In this document: one piece after another, positions 34,537 through 43,041 of the stretch
Layout of the letters: each line of letters begins with the position of its first letter
Position numbering within the stretch: the first letter of the stretch is position 1
Source of the DNA: a virus
Virus record (IMG/VR): IMGVR_UViG_3300050821_002228
Strand: one strand, 5' to 3'
DNA: 64,000 bases
Made by a program: the position numbers and the translations under genes
The notes under the pieces: generated by a model
Told to the model about the DNA's origin: nothing
What the model saw: the letters and a program-made list of their open reading frames with translations, nothing else
Database searches by the model: none

Positions 34537-34567
34537 GTCGGTCAGGGACCGGGATGGGAAAAACATC

Positions 34568-34885
34568 ATGTTCCTACGGAAAGACCAGGCAGGTTCCGCA
34601 CCGGGCCACACCTGGGAAAACGCCGGTGACGTCATCGAGGTAGACGACGAACTCGCCTGGCAACTCCTCGCCATTCCCGGCGGAGGATTCGCAGAAGTCC
34701 CAGCCCCGGAACCCGCCCCCGTCGTTGACGAACCACCAGCCGACGAGGAACCGGAACCGGAGACGGACAGCGACGAGGAAGAGGCCCCGAAGCGCAAGGG
34801 CGGCCGTCCGCGTCTGCCGCGTGATGCCGAAGGAAAGATCATCCGCGAGGTCACCGAAGCCGACGGCGACGACGATACCGAATAG
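34568..34885 (+). CDS. Small acidic head-associated protein
   Basis: First gene of the neck operon; acidic/Pro tail and GGRPRLPRD motif. Confidence 0.6.
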   Translation: MFLRKDQAGSAPGHTWENAGDVIEVDDELAWQLLAIPGGGFAEVPAPEPAPVVDEPPADEEPEPETDSDEEEAPKRKGGRPRLPRDAEGKIIREVTEADGDDDTE

Positions 34886-34898
34886 TTAGGGGAGCGGT

Positions 34899-35561
34899 GT
34901 GGCCGCTGACAACCTCACGCCGCTGTGCACGTCCGCCCAACTTGAATCCGGCGCCTTCGCGGACCTCGTGCGGAACTTCAGCGGCCCAACGCTAGACCAC
35001 CTCATGCTCCGCGCCACCCGGCTATGCGAATCCGCTGTAGACCGCCGGTTGGCGCCGTTCACGAACATCACCGAAACCCAGCGGGCACAGGCCCTCGACG
35101 TAGACGACATCACCGAAATCCCCGGCCCTATGGAACCGTCGGCACAGATTGGTTTCTCCCGCGCGCAGTCGCTGGGGACATCCCAACTGGTCCGCCACTT
35201 CTGGGTCCGGGAATACCCGCCGCGTTACCAGGAGTATTGGGCCGGGAGTATCACCAGCATCGAACTGTTGCGGTCGTACTCCGGCACGCAGGCGGTGGTG
35301 CCGAACACCACACAGTACGAACCCGACACCGGACACTGCCGGTTCCAGTTGGGCACCTACGTGCCGACCGGAACCACCATCGTCGTGGTGTACAGCGGCG
35401 GATACTCCACCGTGCCGCTGGATCTGGAGCAGGCGTGTGAGTTTATGGCGGCGTCGCTGGTGTTGAAGCAGTTGGACCCGGCGCAGGCGATGCACGGCCA
35501 CGACCCTGACGCGCTGCGGATGGATGCCCTGGAGATTCTGACGGCCTACACCCGGAGGTAG
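34899..35561 (+). CDS. Head-to-tail adaptor
   Basis: ATRLCESAVDRRL and YSGGYSTVPLDLEQAC adaptor motifs; position in the operon. Confidence 0.75.
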   Translation: MAADNLTPLCTSAQLESGAFADLVRNFSGPTLDHLMLRATRLCESAVDRRLAPFTNITETQRAQALDVDDITEIPGPMEPSAQIGFSRAQSLGTSQLVRHFWVREYPPRYQEYWAGSITSIELLRSYSGTQAVVPNTTQYEPDTGHCRFQLGTYVPTGTTIVVVYSGGYSTVPLDLEQACEFMAASLVLKQLDPAQAMHGHDPDALRMDALEILTAYTRR

Positions 35562-35564
35562 CTG

Positions 35565-36410
35565 ATGGCCGGGGGCTGGGCGGCGTACAACAAGAAAAAC
35601 CCGGGCCACAACAAGGGCAAGCATCACAAGGGCCATCCGATGTCCGCTGCCGCGAAAGCGAAGCTGCGGGCGCGGATGAAGGGCAAGCATCACAAGATGA
35701 CCGCCGCGCAGAAGGCGAAGCTGCGGGCATCGATCAAGGCGCGCATGGCCAAAATGTCCAAGGCCCAGAAACACGCCTTGGCTATGAAGCGTGTGGCGTC
35801 GATGAAGAAGAAGCTGGCGGCGATGTCGGCTGCCCAGCGGGCCGCACGCAAAGCGAAGATGTCAGCGAAACGCAAAGCGACGTTGGCGAAGCTGACGCCT
35901 GCGCAGCGTGCGGCGCGTGCGGCGAAACGGAAAGCGTCGTTGCAGGCCCATTTGGCGCGGATGACGGTGGCGCAGAAAGCCGCCCGTAAAGCCAAGATGT
36001 CCGCTGCTATTAAACGGCGCAACGCCAATATGACTGCTGCCCAGCGGGCTATGCGCAAAGCGAAGATGAGTGCCGCTATCAAGCGGCATAACGCGAACAT
36101 GACGGCTGCGCAGAAGCTGGCCCGGAAGCAGAAGATGTCGGCGGCGATCAAGCGGGCTAACGCCAACATGACCGCCGCTCAGCGTGCCGCACGCAAAATC
36201 AAAATGTCGGCGGCGATCAAGGCCGCTAACGCACGGATGACCCCGGCGCAGAAGGCTGCGCGTAAGGCGAAGGCTGCGGCCACGCGGGCGTCCCATCCGG
36301 CGCATCACAAGGCGTCTACCCGGGCGAAGAAGGCATCCACGCGTTCCTCGTCCCGGCACAGCTCATCCCATCACACGCGGCGTAGGGCGGTCCGTCGGCG
36401 CCATCACTAG
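35565..36410 (+). CDS. Highly basic repeat protein (protamine/histone-like), no Asp or Glu
   Basis: GGAGG RBS; tandem 23-aa units MTAAQKAARKAKMSAAIKRxNAN; tightly packed between neck genes. Confidence 0.75.
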   Translation: MAGGWAAYNKKNPGHNKGKHHKGHPMSAAAKAKLRARMKGKHHKMTAAQKAKLRASIKARMAKMSKAQKHALAMKRVASMKKKLAAMSAAQRAARKAKMSAKRKATLAKLTPAQRAARAAKRKASLQAHLARMTVAQKAARKAKMSAAIKRRNANMTAAQRAMRKAKMSAAIKRHNANMTAAQKLARKQKMSAAIKRANANMTAAQRAARKIKMSAAIKAANARMTPAQKAARKAKAAATRASHPAHHKASTRAKKASTRSSSRHSSSHHTRRRAVRRRHH

Positions 36411-36418
36411 GAGGCACC

Positions 36419-36964
36419 GTGCCCGGAACGTTCATGACCTCTGCGGACGCCGTAGACCGTGAGGCGGGGTGGCTGGCGCTGCCCGGCACCACGCAGGACG
36501 GGTTGCCGTCGCTGCTGACGACGTACGGCGGTCCGTGGGACGTCGTGCAGGCGTATTCACCGCGTACCCCGGCGATGCGGAAGGCGCAGGTGTTCGTGAA
36601 CCGCACGGACACGCATGTGGAGCGGTTCGGGCATATTCGTTCGATCTTCGGTTACGAGTTCATGTTGCGGTTGACGTGGCCGTTGTCGAACCAGCAGGGA
36701 AACGCCGAGTCGGATCAGCGGGCGTTTGACGCCGCTATCCACCTGTTGTGTCTGCGGATCCGTGGGGTGGGTCCGAACCAGCCGGGCGGTGCGGACAAGA
36801 CGCATGGGGGTGCGTTTCTTCAGGTTGCTGAGGGTTCGGATGTCACGCGTACCGCGTCGGGGATTCATGTGCATTACGAGGATCCGGAAACCACCATGTC
36901 TAACGGTATTGATTTCCGGGCCACGATCTCGTATTCGGCGGATGACCGCGACTTCAACGATTAG
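36419..36964 (+). CDS. Tail terminator or neck protein
   Basis: Position before the tail tube gene; ends ATISYSADD. Confidence 0.55.
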   Translation: MPGTFMTSADAVDREAGWLALPGTTQDGLPSLLTTYGGPWDVVQAYSPRTPAMRKAQVFVNRTDTHVERFGHIRSIFGYEFMLRLTWPLSNQQGNAESDQRAFDAAIHLLCLRIRGVGPNQPGGADKTHGGAFLQVAEGSDVTRTASGIHVHYEDPETTMSNGIDFRATISYSADDRDFND

Positions 36965-36972
36965 AGGCATTT

Positions 36973-37203
36973 ATGTGGCAGCGCAATAAGAGCGGCTATG
37001 CGCAGGAGGTTTCGGCGTGGCCTACCGACGACGACCCGACGCGCGCCCCGTTCCGCGTCGGCGTTGACGAGGACATTGATTTCCCGGAACTGCTGGCGGG
37101 GTTCGTGCCGGTGGACAAACCAGCGGATGAACCGGCGCCGAAGGCGGCCCGGCGTAAGGACGCCGCTGCGGCGGCTGACACGAAGGAAGGTGAGCCGCAG
37201 TGA
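36973..37203 (+). CDS. Small hypothetical virion-operon protein
   Basis: GAGG RBS; GTGA overlap with the tail tube gene. Confidence 0.5.
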   Translation: MWQRNKSGYAQEVSAWPTDDDPTRAPFRVGVDEDIDFPELLAGFVPVDKPADEPAPKAARRKDAAAAADTKEGEPQ

Positions 37204-38381
37204 CGTCTCTTGCGAAGCTTGGGTATGTCGGGATTGCCAAGGAGGTGACTCAGGGCACGTATGTTGCCCCGTCGTTCTACATCCCGTGCACGAAGATCGA
37301 TGCTGAGGATGTGTTCGTTGAGTTGCGGGACGAGTCGTACCGCAACAACGACACCCTGTTGCAGGGCATGTACCAGGGCCCCGGTGACAGCACGTTTGCT
37401 ATCGACGTCATGGCGTACCCCGACGCTATCCCGTACCTGCTGCGGGGTCTGATCGGGCCGGACACGGTGACGACCACGGGCGTGTCTACGACGTTGGCGT
37501 CTAACGCGTCGGCTGGGGCAACGTCGTTGTCGTTGACTGCTTCGGTACCCAGCAACAGCACCATCCGTATTCAGGACGCGGGCGGCGCGAATACGGAGTA
37601 TGTCCAGGTCGGTACGGTTACCGGTACGGGCCCGTACACGGCGCCGGTGACGACGCCGACGACCGGCACCCTGTACGCGCACACGGCGGCCGGTGGTTCG
37701 GTTACCAGCCAGTCCACGCACACGTTCAAGCAGAACCCTACGGCCGCCCAGACGTCGTGGTCGTTGACGAAGTTTGATGTGGCCACGAACGGGTTGGGGA
37801 CGGCTACGCGCGGGTTCCCGGGTTGCAAGATCCAGGAAGTCGCGATCAAGATCGACCCGAAGGCTGTCATGACGTTCTCCGTCAAGTACGTGGGGTGGTT
37901 GTCGGCGGAGCAGACGCCGAACCCAACCCCAACGTTCTCGTCGGTGATCCCGGGCCTCGGCTGGCAGTGGACCATGACCAACGGCGGCGGCTCGTCTACG
38001 CGCGGTCTGACGTATGACCTGACGGTCAAGCGTCCGGCGGACGCTATCCACGCGTCCAACGGGTCGCAGGGGCCGCGTGAGGTCTTTCAGGGCGTGTTGG
38101 AGGCCGACGGCACGTACAAGGCGATCTTCGAGAACGACACGGACCTGAACCTGTACTTGCAGTACACGCAGCTCCCGGCGACGGCGACGATCACGCAGCC
38201 GGTCACGTCCGGCGGTTCTGTGATCACGCTGACGTCGTCGAAGTCGGGTTGGTACAAGGGCAAGGTGGACCTGTCCACCGTGTACGTGACGGCGGACTTC
38301 TCCCTGTCGGGTATCTACAACACGACCGACGGCGGCGCCGTGTCGGCGACGGTCACCAACTACGTGTCAACGGCGTACTAG
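37200..38381 (+). CDS. Major tail (tube) protein
   Basis: YVGIAKEVTQGTY N-terminus, THTF and GCKIQEVAI segments; followed by a terminator and the chaperone gene. Confidence 0.85.
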   Translation: MTSLAKLGYVGIAKEVTQGTYVAPSFYIPCTKIDAEDVFVELRDESYRNNDTLLQGMYQGPGDSTFAIDVMAYPDAIPYLLRGLIGPDTVTTTGVSTTLASNASAGATSLSLTASVPSNSTIRIQDAGGANTEYVQVGTVTGTGPYTAPVTTPTTGTLYAHTAAGGSVTSQSTHTFKQNPTAAQTSWSLTKFDVATNGLGTATRGFPGCKIQEVAIKIDPKAVMTFSVKYVGWLSAEQTPNPTPTFSSVIPGLGWQWTMTNGGGSSTRGLTYDLTVKRPADAIHASNGSQGPREVFQGVLEADGTYKAIFENDTDLNLYLQYTQLPATATITQPVTSGGSVITLTSSKSGWYKGKVDLSTVYVTADFSLSGIYNTTDGGAVSATVTNYVSTAY

Positions 38382-38389
38382 ACGCCACG

Positions 38390-38430
38390 GGCGGGTCTGC
38401 CACGGCGATACGTGGCGGACCCGCCTTCTT
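38390..38430 (+). terminator. Rho-independent terminator after the tail tube gene
   Basis: GGCGGGTCTGCCACG/CGTGGCGGACCCGCC stem followed by TTCTTT. Confidence 0.8.
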
Positions 38431-38485
38431 TACATCTACATTGCTTGTGTAGATCTAATGGCCACCGAGTGGGGAAAGAGACACC

Positions 38486-38869
38486 ATGGCGGGTTTGAAA
38501 AACCGGTTCATCACCATCACGTTCCCGGAAATGACGGAGGAGGGTGACGAGCCGCTGTACATCACGCTGCGGAACCCGAAACTCGTTCCCGTGGATTGGT
38601 TGCGGTCCCGTATCGCGTTGACGCCCAGCGGGGAGCCGGTGAACCCGGAGGCGGCGACGCAGGAGGGGTATGAGCGGCTGGCGCGGCTGATTACCGACAT
38701 CCGCATGTACGACGCCGAGGACGAGAGCCTTGATCAGGGGATGCTGACGATGCCGATGACGGCGGAGAAGGTGGCGCGTTTGCCGCTGCTGGTGAACGCC
38801 CGCATTGCGGATGAGTTGAACCGGGTCGGCGAAAACCCTACGACGACCCCGGATTCTCCGACGTCCTGA
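38486..38869 (+). CDS. Tail assembly chaperone (short form)
   Basis: Lies between tail tube and tape measure; ends near the slippery site. Confidence 0.8.
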   Translation: MAGLKNRFITITFPEMTEEGDEPLYITLRNPKLVPVDWLRSRIALTPSGEPVNPEAATQEGYERLARLITDIRMYDAEDESLDQGMLTMPMTAEKVARLPLLVNARIADELNRVGENPTTTPDSPTS

Positions 38870-39108
38870 TTGACGTCGAATCGATCCTTGACGGGACGTG
38901 GGGATCCGGGGCGGCTCCGGAGGAGTGGATGTGTTTTGAGCTGATGCGCGAGATGCATTGGACGTGGGCTGACTATGAGGCCACCCCGATTTTCGTGCGT
39001 CAGTTCTGTTGGGACTTCATCATGCGCCGCCGCCGTATCCACAACAGCGAATACGAAAAGCAGGCGGCGGCACAAAACGCTCCAGGTATTAGGCGGGTTA
39101 AGAGGTAA
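38486..39108 (+). CDS. Tail assembly chaperone long form via -1 frameshift at A-AAC-CCT (38833-38839)
   Basis: X-XXY-YYZ heptamer in frame. The -1 frame is open to TAA 39106-39108 and encodes ELMREMHWTWADYEATP, a typical pre-tape-measure segment. Confidence 0.75.
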
Positions 39109-39120
39109 GGGGGATCGGCC

Positions 39121-39591
39121 ATGGTGACGGAGGTTCGTCGGGGCACGTTCGCAAAGATCTTTGTGGAACTGGATGCCGAAACGAAGATCCGCGCCAAGGC
39201 CGCCCTTACCCAACTGGCGTTGGTTGTTGAGAAACAGGCAAAGATCAACGCCAGTACCGGCGCCCACAAGTATGGGACGCCGACCCCGGCACGGCCGGGG
39301 ACTGGCCCGGCGGTGATTTCCGGGACGCTGCGGCGGGCTATCACCCATACGCCGGTGAAGTTTGTGGGCGGCGAGTTTTCGTGCATGGTCGGTATGGGCA
39401 TTGGGTCGTTCCCGAAGTACGGCAGCCGGAAGACGCCAGCCAACAAGTATGCGATGTATTTGGAGAAGACCGGTTTGCGGAACGGTGCTAGGTATCCGTT
39501 TCTGATTCCGGCGTTCAAATTCGCTATGGGGGTTCCGGCCCGGCTTATTTACCAAGAGGCGTTCGGCTCCCGCTGGCGCGTTATTGCCTAG
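39121..39591 (+). CDS. HK97 gp10-like tail completion protein
   Basis: GPAVISGTLRRAI, YAMYLE.G and RYPFLIPA motifs. Confidence 0.7.
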   Translation: MVTEVRRGTFAKIFVELDAETKIRAKAALTQLALVVEKQAKINASTGAHKYGTPTPARPGTGPAVISGTLRRAITHTPVKFVGGEFSCMVGMGIGSFPKYGSRKTPANKYAMYLEKTGLRNGARYPFLIPAFKFAMGVPARLIYQEAFGSRWRVIA

Positions 39592-39600
39592 GAGGCGTCG

Positions 39601-42600
39601 GTGGCATCCGAGGTTGCGGACCTTTTTATCAAGCTGGGTTTGGTTTCGGCGGAATTCACTGACGGTCTGGAGAAGGCGGGCGCGGAAGCGGAGGGGTTCT
39701 CCGCTAAGACCGACAAGATCGGCGAAAGCATCGCCAAGATCGGCAAGATCATTGCGATCGCTGGTATCGGCGTAGCGGCCGTGTCGGTGAAGATGGCCGG
39801 TGACTGGCAGGCCAGCATGATCAAACTGGTGACGTCTGCTGGCGAAACCGGTTCGGTCGTCAACGGCAAGCTGGCGGGGCCGATCAAGCAGGTCTCCGAT
39901 GGTCTGCTGAACATGTCCGTGTCCACGGCCACGTCCACCAAGGCCCTCGCCGACGCCATGTACTACGTGGAATCGGCCGGGTTCCACGGCGCTGACGGCC
40001 TGAAGGTCATGAAGATCGCCGCCGAGGGTGCGCGGGCTGAGGGCGCGAACGCTACCACCGTGGCGGATGCCCTGACCACGGCCCTGCACGACATGGGCAA
40101 GGGCGCGGACTACTCGGTCCCGATGATGAACATGATCGTCCGTGCTGTCGCTGCGGGCAAGATGTCCATGGAGGACTTCTCCGGGTCGTTGAGTGCTGTC
40201 CTTCCACAGGCGGCAGCCGCCGGTATTTCGTTTGCCGATGTTGCTGCCGCGATGGCCACGGAGACGGTAGCCGGTAACACCGCCATCAACTCGGCTCAAA
40301 TGCTGGGCCACACCATCGCGTCGTTGCAGTCCCCGAACGCTGTTGCCGTCAAGGCCATGGCGACGTTCGGTCTGTCCACGATGGATCTGAAGGAACACCT
40401 GGGCGAGCGCGGCCTGTTGGGCACGATGGGCGTGGTTGACCAGGCGATTATGAACCACCTGGGGCCGGACAACACCTATTTGGCGAACACGTTCAACACG
40501 TCTAAGACGGCGTCGGCTGACATGAACCAGATGTTGTCCACGATGGCGCCGCAGGTTCGGCACCTCGCCGATGAGGTGATGAACGGCACCATCAATGCGA
40601 AGGACTACAGCCAGGCAATCAAACTGTTGTCACCGAACTTGCAGGCGCAGGGTTCGGAATTTGTGACGCTGTACAAGAACGCCAACAGCTTCAACCAGGC
40701 GTTGCGGAGCGGCCAGCCGGGCGCGGACACGTTCGCTGGTGCTCTGCGGAAGGTCTTGGGCGACACCGTGGACACCAACACGGCGTTGCAGATCGGCGGG
40801 GTGAACCTGGCGACGTTTGCGGCTAACGAGCAGAACATCTCGGAGGGCGCGAAGAACGCCGGGGACAACATTGAGACGTGGGGGGTCATCACCCAAGGTT
40901 TCAACTTCAAGATCGATCAGGCGCGGCAGTACATCGAAACCACCGCCATCAAGATCGGTACGGCGTTGTTGCCGAAGCTGATGGACCTGATGGACTACGT
41001 GCAGCGCACCGCCGGGCCGCTGCTGCATGACCTCGGCCGCGACATTCAGCAGGCGTTGGACAGCGACGTCCTCCACCAGGCCGAGTCCATCGTCATGCAG
41101 TTCCTCCAGAACTTCGGCAAGGCGATCAAGGACGCGTTCGTGGCGGTGTCGAACCTGTGGGGTGCCGTCCAGCCTCTCGCCGGTGTGCTGGCTGGGGCGT
41201 TCTTCCTGGGGCTGCAATCCGTCGGTGTGGTGTTGGCCAACGTGGTCGGTCCGGCGCTGATGGCGGTGACCGGGTTCCTGAAGGACAACTCGGGCACCAT
41301 CAAGATCCTCGCCGAGGTCATCCTCCCGGCGCTTCTGGGACGCCTGATCATTCTGAAGTCCCTGGACATCTTCACGTCCCTGATGGGCGGCATCAACAAC
41401 GTCCTTAACGGGTTTGTTGCGATGCGGAACACCATCGCGTCGGGGACGGCGTTGGACACGTTGAAGTTGAAGGCGATGTACGCCGCCGACTCGGTGAAGA
41501 CGCTGGGCAAGGAGGAGCTGACCCTACAGGAGGAGATGGCCGGGGCGACCGGCGCCACCGGCCTCGGCGGGTTCATGGGCAAGTTGGGCGCTGCTGTGCC
41601 GCTGGTGGGCGCGGCGGCGTTGGGTGTGACGCTGCTGTCTGGCGCGTTCTCTGACGACTCGGGGAAAGCGGCTGACGCGGCTGCCAGCGTGGACCAGTTC
41701 ACCACGGCGATGATCCGGTCTAAGAACAACACGTCGGATGCGTCGATGGCGTTTGGTCACGCCGCCGATGACCTGAAGGTGTTGAACGACGCCCTGACTG
41801 GGAAGTTGGCGGTGAACGCCAAGTTCGAGGGCACCGAGGTTGTTGACCTGAAGCGGTCGTTTGACTACCTGGCGGAATCGTCGATCGCGAACGTTGAACC
41901 GATGGCGCAGTTGGGTGCCGAGCTGGGCAAGGTCAACCAGGTGTCGGGGGAGGCGAAAAATTCGCTGGCGTCGTATGACGCGGGGTTGGCGAACCTGGCG
42001 CAGAACGGCCAGTTGTCCCGGGCTAAGGAGTTGATGGCCGAGATTACGTCGGTCACCGACAACCACGGCAAGGCGTTGATCAACACTGCGCGGGACTTCC
42101 CGCAGTACTTCGCCGCGTTGGACAAGATGCAGGCGGACCAGGCCCTCGGTATCGGTTCCACCAACGACACCACGCAGGCGTTGAACAACCAGACGACGGG
42201 GATCGACAGCACCGCCAACGCAATGACCGGCCTGTCCAACAGCATCTCCGACACCATGCAGCAGCAGCAGAACATGTCGGCTGGGCTGAACGCGGACCGG
42301 TCGTTGGACGATTTCCGCAAGTCGATCAAGGACACGACGACGGCGTTGCAGCAGAACGGCACCGCCATTACCGGCGATTCCGACGCGGCCATGGCCAACC
42401 GTGACGCTATCCGTGGCGCGGTGCAGGCGATGTTGGACAACTACAACGCCAACATCCAAAACAACATGTCCACGGACGACGCCACCGCAAAACTCAAGGC
42501 GCAGATCACCCAGTTTGAGAACCAGGCGACCACGTCCGACAAAACACGCTTGGCTATTAAGAACTACATCGACACGTTGGACATCATCCCTAAGGACGTC

Positions 42601-43032
42601 ACCACCAACATCAACGCCAACACCGCCGCCGCCTCAGCGAACGTGGACACGTTGAACGGCAAGTTGAAGCGGATGCTGGACCTGAGCAACGACACGTCGG
42701 GTGTTTCGACCACCACCCAGTCACAGACGACCGGCGCGGGCGGGCACCTGAAGGCGTACGCGCTGGGCGGGTTCGTGGACGGCCCTACAGGGACGCCACA
42801 GCTAGCTATCGTCCACGGCGGGGAGTACGTGGTGTCTGTGGACGAGCAGAAGGGTTACGGGGCGTCTCCGGGCGGCTCAGGGAATCTGATGCTCGGCGGC
42901 GGCGGACCAACCGTTGTGATCAACGTTCAGGGGTCAGTGATCGCGGAGCAGGGCGTCCGGGACATGGTGCAGACATTGATGTTGCAGTTGGGTGCGCGGT
43001 ACTCGACGTCGTACACCCCGTACAAGCGGTAA
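39601..43032 (+). CDS. Tape measure protein (1143 aa)
   Basis: Long Ala-rich helical protein with a TP901-type core and C-terminal YALGGFV.G...AIVHGGEYVV motif. Confidence 0.93.
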   Translation: MASEVADLFIKLGLVSAEFTDGLEKAGAEAEGFSAKTDKIGESIAKIGKIIAIAGIGVAAVSVKMAGDWQASMIKLVTSAGETGSVVNGKLAGPIKQVSDGLLNMSVSTATSTKALADAMYYVESAGFHGADGLKVMKIAAEGARAEGANATTVADALTTALHDMGKGADYSVPMMNMIVRAVAAGKMSMEDFSGSLSAVLPQAAAAGISFADVAAAMATETVAGNTAINSAQMLGHTIASLQSPNAVAVKAMATFGLSTMDLKEHLGERGLLGTMGVVDQAIMNHLGPDNTYLANTFNTSKTASADMNQMLSTMAPQVRHLADEVMNGTINAKDYSQAIKLLSPNLQAQGSEFVTLYKNANSFNQALRSGQPGADTFAGALRKVLGDTVDTNTALQIGGVNLATFAANEQNISEGAKNAGDNIETWGVITQGFNFKIDQARQYIETTAIKIGTALLPKLMDLMDYVQRTAGPLLHDLGRDIQQALDSDVLHQAESIVMQFLQNFGKAIKDAFVAVSNLWGAVQPLAGVLAGAFFLGLQSVGVVLANVVGPALMAVTGFLKDNSGTIKILAEVILPALLGRLIILKSLDIFTSLMGGINNVLNGFVAMRNTIASGTALDTLKLKAMYAADSVKTLGKEELTLQEEMAGATGATGLGGFMGKLGAAVPLVGAAALGVTLLSGAFSDDSGKAADAAASVDQFTTAMIRSKNNTSDASMAFGHAADDLKVLNDALTGKLAVNAKFEGTEVVDLKRSFDYLAESSIANVEPMAQLGAELGKVNQVSGEAKNSLASYDAGLANLAQNGQLSRAKELMAEITSVTDNHGKALINTARDFPQYFAALDKMQADQALGIGSTNDTTQALNNQTTGIDSTANAMTGLSNSISDTMQQQQNMSAGLNADRSLDDFRKSIKDTTTALQQNGTAITGDSDAAMANRDAIRGAVQAMLDNYNANIQNNMSTDDATAKLKAQITQFENQATTSDKTRLAIKNYIDTLDIIPKDVTTNINANTAAASANVDTLNGKLKRMLDLSNDTSGVSTTTQSQTTGAGGHLKAYALGGFVDGPTGTPQLAIVHGGEYVVSVDEQKGYGASPGGSGNLMLGGGGPTVVINVQGSVIAEQGVRDMVQTLMLQLGARYSTSYTPYKR

Positions 43033-43041
43033 GGAGGACCG

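Noticed and set aside
35640-36300. Tandem ~69-nt repeats as a CRISPR array
   Set aside because: The repeats are degenerate at synonymous positions, have no unique spacers, and are coding. No CRISPR array or cas gene was seen.
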